In this document: piece after piece, positions 25,939-37,574 of the stretch | Layout: each line of letters begins with the position of its first letter | Numbering within the stretch: the first letter of the stretch is position 1 | From: Marsupella aquatica | Taxonomy: Eukaryota > Plantae > Marchantiophyta | Assembly (NCBI GenBank): GCA_973895155.1 | Contig: OZ316892.1 | Location: 4,610,510-4,674,509, forward strand | Length of the DNA: 64,000 bases | Reading direction: 5' to 3' | Notes under the pieces: model-generated | What the model saw: the letters and a program-made list of their open reading frames with translations, nothing else | The model's database searches: none | Told to the model about the DNA's origin: nothing | Position numbers and translations under genes: made by a program

Positions 25939-27419
25939 GCGTGCAAAAGTCTAGGGAGCAAGAAACAACAACAATGAACAATGAACTCGAGACCGTGGGC
26001 GCCGACACTAAGGAAGGACTAATTAGGGTATTGTTTTAGCATAACCCTAATAACAGCCTAACGACAGGAAGGTTCCAGATGATCTCCGTACACTCCACCA
26101 TCGACTGAACAAACTATGCAATCGTGAAAAAAAGATTACCGGATTCCTTTTGATTTTCCGTACTAAAGGAGATTTCTATTTGATGGCCAATTTGAAATTT
26201 AAACCGGTAATTATGCAACTGCGAAAGATTGTTAGTGGGGACCCCCGGATCCGGATCCGGATCCATATCTTCACTATATCTGCCAATTCAAATCCAAAAT
26301 GTGAACAAACGACAACTTTCTCACGATCGTTCCATCACGTAGTGGAGGCAAACTTCAAAATCATTCCATTTTGGTAGTGGAGACCGTCGGATCCGGATCC
26401 GTACTCCACTCTCTATCTTGCCAATTCAAACCCTTACTCTAAACAATGTAAAACGATTCTCACGGTCGGGGAGGACCGATATTCAAAATCAATCCTGTAC
26501 AATGATTCTCACGACTGGAGACTCAACCAATTTTCAAAATCAAAATCGAGTCCAGATGAACACATCCTCCATGGAGTCAATAGACTGATCTCATTGCTCA
26601 CGGATCATTCTTCATTTTCAGTTTCTCCTTACCAGGATACTAGCTGGGCTCTCAGCGGAGGCTGATCCAAGGCACATTTGAGGTGGAGCAGATTGGATCA
26701 TTCGACTATTCCAGTCGGAGGCGGAGCTCATTCAAGCAATGCTGGCGCAGTTCTTGTTGTATCACCTTCAATCTTGGGGAGAGCACATCCGATCAAGCGG
26801 GAGAGTTGCGACGAAGCGAGACGACAAACATTTAGAACCTCCATAGTCTGCCTCATTCATCGAAGCATTCTAGCGGACCAACAAAGAGCGGCTATTCTGA
26901 AATCACAGTCTGGTCGAGGATTTTGATCTTGATACGATCAACAAGTTGTCATTCTCTGGTGGTGGGATTCGATCATGATACTCAAGGAAATTGGAGTTTG
27001 AAGGAGGAGGCTTAGTTGGCTGGGACGAGGAGGGTACGCTGGAAGGAAGAGGCTTGGCTGGGAGGAGGGTTTCCGCCAACATCGGAGGGTTGCCGCCAAC
27101 ATTGCTGAGACCACACGCAACTGAATAACTTGTAAGTATCAATCAGCATTAATTCCACAATAAATGAGGAGAGTAGTTGCCTTAAATCACGCATTCAATG
27201 CATGAATTGAGTCAATGAAGTTATGGTCCAATTTCTCACTCCGAGTTTGATCAATCCGTGTTTCAAGTCCAATACAGAAGCAATGTATCAGAAGTACTAG
27301 TAGAGGATCCGAATGAATTCTCTAGTCTATAATTGTATGGCGTACGCGTATAGTTGTCCGTACATTTTGCTATTGTTTATTGTAGTCGATGGCCTAGCAA
27401 AACGTAACGTAATCAAGGT

Positions 27420-28320
27420 CCATTTCTCAGATCTTCCTGATCTCAACTTGTTAGTAGGATGACCTGTTTTTTGGTTACACATGCAGTTCATCACGTGCAC
27501 AGTCGCGTGAACCAATTTATCTCGTGTCTTTTGATATTGTTTATTGTAGTCGACAGCCTAGCAAATTGGCCAGAAATCTATTTTAAAACCAACGTCTTCG
27601 TTTCATCACGCGCACGGTCGCATTAATGTTTTAGAGGTCAGCGAAAGTTCTGCACTCTTAGATGTAATCGCCCTTTATTTCAGAGATCTTCCTGATCTCA
27701 ACTTGTTAGTAGGATGACCTGTTTTTTGGTTACACATGTAGTTCGTCACGCGCACAATCGCGTGAACCAATTTATCTCGTGTCTTTTGATAATGTTTATT
27801 GTAGTCGAAAGCCTAGAGAATTGGCCAGAAATCTATTTTGAAACCGAGTTCTGATTCACGCGACCGGTCGCGTTAATGTTTTAGAGGTCAGCGAAAGCTC
27901 TGCACTCTTAGACGTAATCGCCCTTTATTTCTCAGATCTTTCTGATCTCAACTTGTTAGTAGGATGACCTGTTTTTTGGGTTACACATGTAGTTCGTCAC
28001 GCGCACAATCGCGTGAACCAATTTATCTTGATATTGTTTATTGTAGTCGACTACCTAGCGAATTGGCCAGAAATATATTTTAAAACCGAGGTCTTCGTTT
28101 CATCACGCGCCCGGTCGCGTTAATGTTTTAGAGGTCAGCGAAAGCTCTGCACTCTTAGATGTAATCGCCCTTTATTTCTCAGATCTGCCTGATCTCAACT
28201 TGTTAGTAGGATGACCTGTTTTTGGTTACACATGTAGTTCATCACGCGCACAGTCACGTGAACCAATTTATCTCAGGTCTTTTTGATATTGTTTATTGTA
28301 GTCGACAGCCTAGCGAATTG
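27420..28320. repeat. ~250-bp tandem repeat, about 3.5 copies, two palindrome variants per unit
   Basis: agatcttcctgatctcaacttgttagtaggatgacc recurs at ~27430, 27685, 27935 and 28180. Confidence 0.9.
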
Positions 28321-28522
28321 TCAGTCACAGGAATCTCGATTTTTCCTTGATTGCAAAAATGGTTACATCGATCCCGAAGGACTTCGGATGTGGAATCCAT
28401 ATCCACTAGCACTATCCAGGAATTTAAGCTACACAGTATCTATAACAAGTTCTAACTTGAACTACTCTTGAATCTGTAGTTCTAATCTTCGACTACTCAA
28501 AATATTGTTGACTTCGATCGAG

Positions 28523-29065
28523 TCAGTCATTCCAAGATGAAGCCATCCACTCATCGGTGTCTGGTGTGGATTCCCTTGAATCCAGAAATTCTTCCTTTGC
28601 CCAAGTCCTAACGTCCATAGATTTTCTCGGCTTGCTCTTTCTGTAATACAAATTAGAATCTTTGTTCATCTCTAATTGCCTTTTCTTCGGTGCGTCCACT
28701 TTCTTGGCCTCCTTCTTGATTGTCTTAGCGTCTGCTGCTGCTTCCCCCGAAATGGATTCGATGCATGCTCTGGCCTTCAACTTCTCCCCGCTCGAAACGG
28801 ATTCCACGAGGGCTTTGCCCTTTAACTTCTCCCCTGATGCCATCTTTGTAGTCATCTCTGTCGGATTGGTCTCCATCTGATCTTCCATCGACAAATGTGG
28901 CGAACAATGTCGTCTCTCACAAAACATTTGACCCGATTTAGTCACCGTAAACATTATATTACATCGCTGACACATTCTGTAAGGAGTACCACGAATTCGA
29001 TACGTCAAACCTTCTAAATCGTCCGTCGAAACATCCTCATTCTTTGAGCTCAGCGGAGTAGTCAT
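28523..29065 (-). CDS. Hypothetical 180-aa protein with a possible Cys zinc ribbon
   Basis: Uninterrupted ATG-started ORF with CQRC...CERRHC and a basic C-terminus. No family recognised. Confidence 0.45.
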   Translation of the reverse strand: MTTPLSSKNEDVSTDDLEGLTYRIRGTPYRMCQRCNIMFTVTKSGQMFCERRHCSPHLSMEDQMETNPTEMTTKMASGEKLKGKALVESVSSGEKLKARACIESISGEAAADAKTIKKEAKKVDAPKKRQLEMNKDSNLYYRKSKPRKSMDVRTWAKEEFLDSRESTPDTDEWMASSWND

Positions 29066-29542
29066 CGTCCTTCAAACAAGAGATGCTGACCGAGACTAAG
29101 AATTGGAAATGAGAGAGCTGATGTGCGAATAGATTATCCAGTAGCCAGAAAGTGGAATGCGTGGGGGAATGAGCAATAGAGATCATCTCAATGCTTTATA
29201 CTGTTTAGTCTCCACTAGTCATTGTACATAGTGGTTTCTAGAAGAGGGTGCGCGTTTGACTGGTGCGTATTAGAATTGGCGGGAATTTCAGTTGTCCTCT
29301 AATTATGACTGTAATTTCATGTTTGGCGACCGCCCCGGGAATACTGATTGCTAGTGAAGTACTGAGATTTCTTATGAAGGTCAATAGTTACTGACTGTCC
29401 GGTGTCCACTCATTGGTAAACTGGTACTGTCCACTCATTTTTCCTGAGTGGAGTTGAAATGATTGTTCGTAATCGATTGTAGTCCTTCTCATTCACTTGA
29501 AATGACTGACGGACCATGCATTATCTTTATCGGTATGTGTGA

Positions 29543-29995
29543 TGCCTTTAGATCCGTAATTTATCTTCCTGTCTCGCGCGTAATCGTATCTTACTTATGA
29601 AGTACCAATTACGAGCTAGAGTTTGGGCCTAGCCTTCTAGCTTCTACGTCGTAGACCCTGTACCCTCTGACTAAGGTCACGCGACATGCCTTTAGATCCG
29701 TAATTGTATCTTCCTGTCTCACGCGCAATCGTATCTTACTTATGAAGTACCAATTACGAGCTAGAGTTTGGGCCTAGCCTTCTAGCTTCTACGTCGTAGA
29801 CCCTGTACCCTCTGACTAAGGTCACGCGACATGCCTTTAGATCCGTAATTGTATCTTCCTGTCTCACGCGCAATCGTATCTTACTTATGAAGTACCAAGT
29901 ACGAGCTAGAGTTTGGGCCTAGCCTTCTAGCTTCTACGTCGTAGACCCTGTTATCCCTACACCCTCTGACTAAGGTCACGCGACTAGTCGCGTGT
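29543..29995. repeat. ~145-bp tandem repeat, 3 copies
   Basis: tgcctttagatccgtaatt recurs at ~29543, 29687 and 29832. Units end in ggtcacgcgac. Confidence 0.9.
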
Positions 29996-30369
29996 AGGGC
30001 AGTGCATTGACTACATTCTGCCTACTTATTGACGGTTGTGACAAGACAATGCAGTTCACGGATGTTTTACTGGCGCTTATTAGCACTACTGTCCTCAGTA
30101 GTTACTGACTGTCCACTCATTTGTTCTGAGTGGATGTGAAATGATTGATCGTAATCGATTGTGGTCATTCTCATTCATTTGACATGACTGACGGACCATG
30201 CATAGTCTGTTGCCGGTATGTGTGGTACCTCTAGGGTCACGCGACCAGTCGCGTGCAGCGCAGTGCATTGACTACATTCTGCTTATTGACCGACGTGACA
30301 GGACAGTGCAGTGAAATTGACGGACGTGACAGGACTATACGCTTACAGTGATATTCTCTGATGTGCAGG

Positions 30370-33300
30370 ATCATAATTAGTATGGTGACATCGACAGTCT
30401 GGATCAGGGAAGGCGGCCAAGTAATTATAGGCATACATGAGAAACAGGTTGGAAAAGGTCGCGTGATAAGTCTTGATCCTTCCAGGGTTTGTCACAATGT
30501 TCCTCTTGGGGCGGATAAAGTTCTTCTTCTATTGGAGGAAGTTTTTGACGAGACCATTCTATGCAAAGATGGCAAACTTTTGAAGGACATGATTGGGGGT
30601 TACCTTGTATGGGAAAGGAATCAGCTTTTTCGAGCTCCCATGGAATCGGAGGATGTGTTTGGCACTGTTGGTGATGATCAAGATCCAGTCAATCAAAATT
30701 CTGATGGGAACAACCATAATGAGAGTCGGTCTGGTGTGGAAGTAGTTTTACCAAAGGCCTTGTGGATGGGCATGCCTGTAAAGGTGGTGGATGAGAACAA
30801 GTTGATATTTGCAGTGGCAACTATACATGTTCTAGATCCTATAGTCAAGCTTGGGGATGTCACCCTTGGGAATACACATGTGGGAATTCTGATCAACGAT
30901 TTTGTCGAGGGAGCTACCATAGATCATCTGAAGCATAGAGATTGCTTAAAAGCTTGGTCGATGGACCAACTCATTGCCAAGGATGGCAACTTGTTGTCTT
31001 TCCACAACATCAGGCAAGCTGTGGGAGGGAACACATCTCCAACAAGTGGCAAGCGGTCCTACGTCCATAAAAGTAGGAAAAGAAAGAGTCCATCTTCCCA
31101 GACATCTAGAAGAGACACATCTTTGGCACGTCAAGATGTGTTGTTGATAAACACTAAGGACTGTTGTAGTGAACATTGTTGCCAATATTTGGACCACAAC
31201 TTGGCTATGGCAATTAGGCAAAAGTGGTGGTCAAAATCTTTTGCGGAGCGCAAGGAGGAGGAAATCAAGGCTATTAAAAATACAATACACTTGGGTACTG
31301 GAGAAAGGATTCTAGCAGTGGAGGGCAAAGTATTGTGCTTGGAGGCATGGAGAATCATTCATTCAAGAGGAAAGACTCAATTTTATGCCTTGAAGAAGAC
31401 TGTGATGGCTGGAATGAACATAGGTACCCATGGTAATGCTGGAAAAAGGCGTATGTCCGAGAAAGTATCTCAAGCATTCATGTCAATGAAAGAGATTATT
31501 GAGGAGGCAGCTGATCATCATCCAGCCAAGTTGAGAACCATGGCAGATAATACAAGGATGGTTTTGAGGGAATTGCCAACAAATCTTACTTGGGAGAATA
31601 TTAGAAACAGGGTTAATGTTGTCAACCAGGAGGCTGGTCTTCCTCCAATTTCCCAACCCACCTTGAGTCATCTACATCAGATGTATTTCAGGGAGTTCTC
31701 ACGTCACAAAAAGGGCAACAACTTTTCAAAGTGTACAACTTGTAGTGAGTTGCTTCAATGGAAAGCAAACCTTACAGGAGCTAAGGAAGAGTTAGAGGGC
31801 CTAAGGCGTGACGAGGAGGAACATCACCAAGACCACACACAACAAAGAATGTGCTATCATACCTGGAGATATGAGTCCATCCATCGTCCAAAGGAAGTGT
31901 TATGCCTTATTCATGATAAGATGGATCATTCAAAGACAGCTCTCCCAAGAATGCCATTCAATCCTAAGCATGTGGATGGTGCCCAAAAGTTCCCAATTAC
32001 TGTCACTGGTATCCTTACTCATGGTCATGGTCCCAAGGCCATAGCCCAATATCATGTTGGAGTGTCAATTGATTCAATACTAAGGATGTTGGAAAACCCA
32101 AATCCAATGATCAAATCACTTGTGGAGGGGCCAGACTCGACAAGTCTTTTTAAAGACCTCCTTTTTGGGAGAGCAGATATCTTGGAGGCAAGTGTCCTTA
32201 GAGCATTTGAGGATGACATTGCCTACATCTCAAGCCTAGGTACTTTACTCACAATCCTTCAATTTATTATTATTTAATAATATAAGCTCACACACACTGA
32301 CACTCTACTTTGTGTAGTTGTTGCTCCTCCTAGCCAAGGTTTCATTAATAGGGTTTAAACCCTAAACCCTAAATTGGGGTTTAGGGTCTGACTAGGGTTT
32401 TGTTTAAAAGCATTCTGAGATTGTTACATTGTGATGCAGCACCTGAGGCACCAAAGTTCAGGCCCCTTCCACGAGTATTGAAGCTACAACTGGATAATTG
32501 TGCCTCAGACAACAAGAACAGATATATGATGGCTTATTTGTCATTGTTGACGGCAAGGGAGGTGTTTGAAGAGGTTCATCTTGGTTTAATGGTGGTTGGG
32601 CATACTCATGAGGACGTTGACGGTATGTTTGGGCATTTTTCAGAGTCTATGATGCATAACCCCACATACTCATTGCCTGAGTTAATGTCCTTGTTCATGA
32701 GAGCAAGGACACCCAATGTAGTCCCACATTTTCTACAGGAGGTCCCAGATTTCAAAAACTACTTAGCTCCATTCATGTTGAAGGGCCTTGAGGCATTGGT
32801 GGGGCATTTAAAACCCAGGCTGTTTAGGTTCTATGTTCGTCATGATAGTATGCCATGCTTCCAATACAAAATGAAGTCAACTGATCAGGGATGGTTACCC
32901 AAGGAAGGTATTGAAATGTGGTCATGGAAAGATGACAAAAGTCCTCACATCCCAATTGGGGTGCCCAAACGGCTACCAATGATGGAGTTGAAAATGCTTC
33001 CTGAAGTGCTGACAGGGTTGAAGAAGCATGTGTCATTCTTTGAGTTTATTCTAAAGCAAACAAAAGAGGAAGAACCAAGCGACGTTGGACAACTCTCATC
33101 AATTATTGGAATGACATTGTAGATACTCTACAGGGTGAGCAGGTGCAATATGAACCTGAAGGTGCACACAACTTGGAATACGGGTTTTGGCCTTTATCAA
33201 TATGGAGAGAGCACGTTCCACCAGAATATCAAAATGTGGCATGTGAGTTGGAGGCAACAGTGGATTATGTGGGACCAGCAAAAGATAAACCTCCTGAGAG

Positions 33301-33727
33301 TTTTAACCCTAGGGTTGATGTTGTGAAGGGCTGTTATGTGTTGGTACGGGCGGATGACTCAGACCTGGATGTTTATCCCGTCCATATGGGGTTAGTTGTT
33401 ACAGATGTGGTAGAAGGACCAATGAATGAACAAAACCTTCTTACTCATGTATGTGGCGTTGAGTGGTTTAGACCATTTATGGCAAAGAAGCAACGTGGTC
33501 AATCAGACTGGCAGCCAAGAGAGCGGTGGGCAGATTCTTGGGATAAGAAATGGGAACGTGATCCATCTCCAATATACAAGGAAGCTGAGACAATAGATGT
33601 TTCCTCTGCCTTGTGGTGTTTCAAAGCACGCAAAGGACCAATGACAGGGCTGGTAGGAATTCCAAAGAATGTTGCTGTCAAGGCAAGAGACTATCTCTTG
33701 ACATGCATAGCAAGTGACAAATCCTAG
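30370..33727 (+). pseudogene. Sola1-like DDD transposase, spliced, with a frameshift near 33110-33140
   Basis: CC..HCC, LCLEAW, HGNAG, FSKCTTC, IHDKMDHSKTALP, LQLDNCASDNKN and LMVVGHTHEDVDGMFG give three catalytic-type Asp positions. An acceptor gtgcag lies at ~30369, with intron(s) at ~32240-32440. Confidence 0.8.
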
Positions 33728-34299
33728 ACAGTAATGAAGCATGTAGTTTAGCATACAATTTAAAAGGCAACTCAGAATAGTAGTAGCCAGAGAACTCAAG
33801 TTTAGACAAGTCTTATCGTCTACGTTAGTTAGTTGGTTAGTTTATTTAAGATATAATATTAGTTAGTGGGGCCTTAGTTTGGTGATATTAAGGCATGATA
33901 TTATTGACATTCAAATGAATGTCCAGTAGACATTGTAATATACAACAATCCTATTAATTGTTGTAAAGAAACTAATTAATTAAAGGGTGGTACTTACTAT
34001 GATTGTAGGTCACGCACCCTGGTGCGTGTCAATCTTTTTTGTATTCAACCCTATAATAATTAAATAGACAATTGAAACAATGAATGATAGTTTAATTAAG
34101 GATTTGTGCATGGATCAAGAGGTACTTCATGTCATTTAGTGATGCATTGTTATAAAGATCTTGCAACAAAACAGTTGAAGTTTTTGACTATCCCACCAAA
34201 TGTTAAAGAGGTTGATCATTCATTAACTAATAATATTTAGATAAAATTGGAATTAATCTAATACTTCAGTATTCCTTAAATTGGGGTTCCTTGCCAACA

Positions 34300-35950
34300 A
34301 TTAAAAATACCAAGTATAGGGTGCACATCCTTGTATTTATAGTCCCCTCTTAAATGCCTTGGGCCTCATACCAGGTCTCCTCACACTTGGGACTAGCAAT
34401 ATATTATGGCTCCCCCAAACAAATGGGATGTGTACCTAGTAAAACTTTCCTCCCTTCAAAAACCACGTAAGGCTTTTGCTCCCTTGTACTTATAAATGCT
34501 CACCCTACTCTGTACTTGATGGTACAGAATGTACCTGAAACTCTTCACCTTCTCCTCTTAAGTGCCTCTTACCTTCTTGTGTAATACAGCACTCGTACTG
34601 GGATTAGAGTTGTACCTCCCACTCACACCAAACCAAGTCATATTAGTATACGATGATTCACCGTACATATTGTATAGTGCATTCGGCCGCACCGCCGTAA
34701 AAGATTGCGCAGCAACTCCTGAATAACAATTGAGGGAAGCAGAAAATACAACTTCGAGCGAACACTCTCTACAAGGTTTATTGAGAGAAACGGGACCCCA
34801 CAGGCCCCTCAAGGAATACCGATACACAAAATACACCATAGCCACGAGCTTAGAGCTCTAATCAGCAAAAATGCAAATTGATATTGCTCCACACTCGCCA
34901 AATGAAAATATGTGAGACTTTCACCGAGATGTAGTGTCCGCCAATGCGCACAATAAATTGTCAAACTGTCCTCCCGAAAGTACTCGTTGGAAATACTATG
35001 ACACGTCCAATACTTCAACAAAGTTTCAATTGGGAACCGTCACCACTTCCAACCACAAAACGATCAACGCAAAACGGCTAGTGAAATGATCATGCAATCG
35101 TTAATGACGATTCAATCTTCCACCACGATCCAACACCCAAATGCTCTCACCGCTGCCTAGGCCACCGAACCATGAACATGAAGCTCTAATACCACTTGTA
35201 AGAAACCGTCGGCTCCAGACTAGACAACAATGCAAAAACATGAGAGAGACTCAATCAGATGTTACACCAACGAGAGTCCACCCCGAGTAGAGAAACTCCT
35301 GAAAGCTCCATAGCAAATGAGAGTACATGTGAATAATGACTTGGAGAGAGTGCTCTCCCTGGGTATGCAACTCTTGTATAATAAGCAGGGGTCTATATTT
35401 TTATATGGACTAAAAAGTTGGCTATAATTAAGAAAAATTAAAATTTAAAAACCTTGGGTTTTCCACTTTTAAAATGTTTGAAGTCATAGAAAAGGTTTGG
35501 TTTTCTTATTTTTCCACATAAAATTAAAATAATTTCCTAAATTGCTGTATTTTTTATTAAAATATTTTTAGAATTTTAATAAAAATCCCCAAAAGCTGGC
35601 TAGTTTGGTTGTAGACCCCTGTATTAAAAGCCATATAATTTGGTTTTGATTAAATTTTTTCATATCAAAACAAGCTTGAGCAATGTTTTTTTAAAGATAC
35701 ACCTTTGGATTCCTTGAGTTGAGAGGTACAAGATTTGAGTAAACTAAAATGAAACTTCATATGGTCAATGGGATATAAAGTCATTATAAGGAATTATAAA
35801 CTTGCCTTATAAAAAGGGGAGTTGCATACCCGGGGTGCTCTCCCTCCAGCCTATATCCCCCAAGGGGGCCAAGATGAGTGGGCCTAAACTAAGCAGATCT
35901 GATCCTAATGTAAGCCAGGGTTAACTAACCCTAGTAAGGCCAAACTAACT
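34300..35950 (-). mobile_element. LTR retroelement relic (copia-like): 5' LTR ~35197-35950, Met-tRNA PBS and degraded internal region
   Basis: The minus strand reads ...tcttaca-ag-tggtattagagc (canonical tggtatcagagc) at 35183-35194. No intact pol is present. Confidence 0.6.
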
Positions 35951-36961
35951 AATTTGGGAACTAGAGTCAATTCCTAACATACAGGCCATGACCCCTGCTT
36001 GTAAAATTGTACCAGCAGCCCTGGTAGCCCTATTATGAGCAAAGTCTTGAGGCCCATTGCTATTTATTCTCGTATTCTCATCCTCAACAGGACTAGGAGG
36101 CCAATCACATATATCTTGCTCAGTCCACTCATCACATTGTCCCAAGACATAGTTGTGCAACAGAGCACATACTCTAATCCAACAGCACATCCAACATTGT
36201 CCTTCTTCTCATTCAATTATGTTCGGATCTCTTTTAATGAAAACCAACGTGATTTTAAAACCCCAATGCAATGTTCATTCACATACCTAGTCTTGGCAAT
36301 GCAGGTGTTGAAGTCCTCGTTTTCCTTTGTGACCAAAAGTGTTCTTGTGTGATGCAACCGTATGGGGAGCATTCACATATCTTGAATTCCCAAGAACATA
36401 CTGTCCTTCATCAAAAGCTGAGTTGCACCATGTATCTTGTCCCAAAGAATGCATCTCTCAAGTGAGGCAGGTGAGATCGGAACATGACCCTGACATTCCT
36501 ATATAAAAACACAGTCATAAATCAGGACATTGCAATGCATATTTTGTTGGTACATGGACATGAGATGATACATACTAGACAAGTGACAAAATATAAAGTA
36601 ACACTACTCACCAGCATTTACAAAAATAATCTTCCTCCTATGGTCGCATACAACCTGGGCGTTGATGGAATAGCGGGACTTTTGGTCAAAGTAGCATTCC
36701 CCATGGTTCTTGGGATGCTGTGTCAATGGAATTGTGGTCTCATCGATCAACCCAATGCAGCCATCAAAGCCACGCTTGGCCAATTCCTGAGAAATCCCCA
36801 TTCTCTATTCTCTGTTTGGCCATGCCACTAAATCACCAATAATAGATTCTAGGGCAGTGACACATCTTGTGGTGTAATTCACACATGATCCAATGCTCAC
36901 ACCCCATAGCAACAGAGTTTGTTTCAAACAGACTCCCTTCCTTGTGTGGCCCAACGTACCT
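35945..36961 (-). pseudogene. PIF/Harbinger transposase (DDE_Tnp_4), C-terminal part
   Basis: GFDGCIGLIDETTIPL...YFDQKSRYSINAQVVCD...FVNAG, an intron, then HCIGVLKSRWFSL...WIRVCALLHNY. Confidence 0.85.
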
Positions 36962-37574
36962 GTCTAAGCCTCGGGGGTCTCACTATATGGAGGACCCCCC
37001 CATCACTTGCGACGTTTTCATGTCTAGACCCCCATACTTATTAAGTTAATTTTTTTTTCTCCCCCTTTCTTTCTTCTAATAGTCAAAAATCCAATTTGTT
37101 TTGCCCCTAAAATTTGTTAAGTAAAGTGCCACATATCAATAAAAAATGCCTTGAAAGAAAAGTTAAGTTTATGCCTCCGTACCTTGTGAAGTCGTATATC
37201 AGACATGGCACACACTACAACAGTTCTTCCACCTAAGTTCTGGACCTAGCCTCAAACTTTGATCATTTCAATGCATCATTTATATTGTGTACCTAAAGGT
37301 CATCCCAATATACACCTTGCATATATAGGTGGGATGGCCTTTAAGGTCACAACATGAATAATCCATTCCATCAACAATGAATTTGATACTCCATCCATAC
37401 TCCATTGCAAACTTCTTTTGAGAGACATAACATGTGACGGACAGGAATTGAACCCCTAATTGAGAAAAGATCTCAAGTTGCCAATCCGTCACCCCCTATC
37501 CTATCCCACTACACCCACTAATATAAACATAACAAAACATATACACTCTCAAAAACTAAACAATAGCATGATAT

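Larger units (their letters stand above)
6461..34300. mobile_element. Giant Sola1-like DNA transposon carrying a ParB-like/MTase-like/Ulp1/NIF multidomain gene (boundaries approximate)
   Basis: One palindromic motif (ACGCGACNNGTCGCGT and variants) recurs from ~6461 to ~34030. It links the minus-strand multidomain gene, three satellite arrays and the plus-strand transposase. TIRs and TSD were not identified. Confidence 0.55.

Noticed and set aside
25664-26039. RARAT and ALALV repeat ORFs
   Set aside because: These are artefacts of the 15-bp minisatellite.
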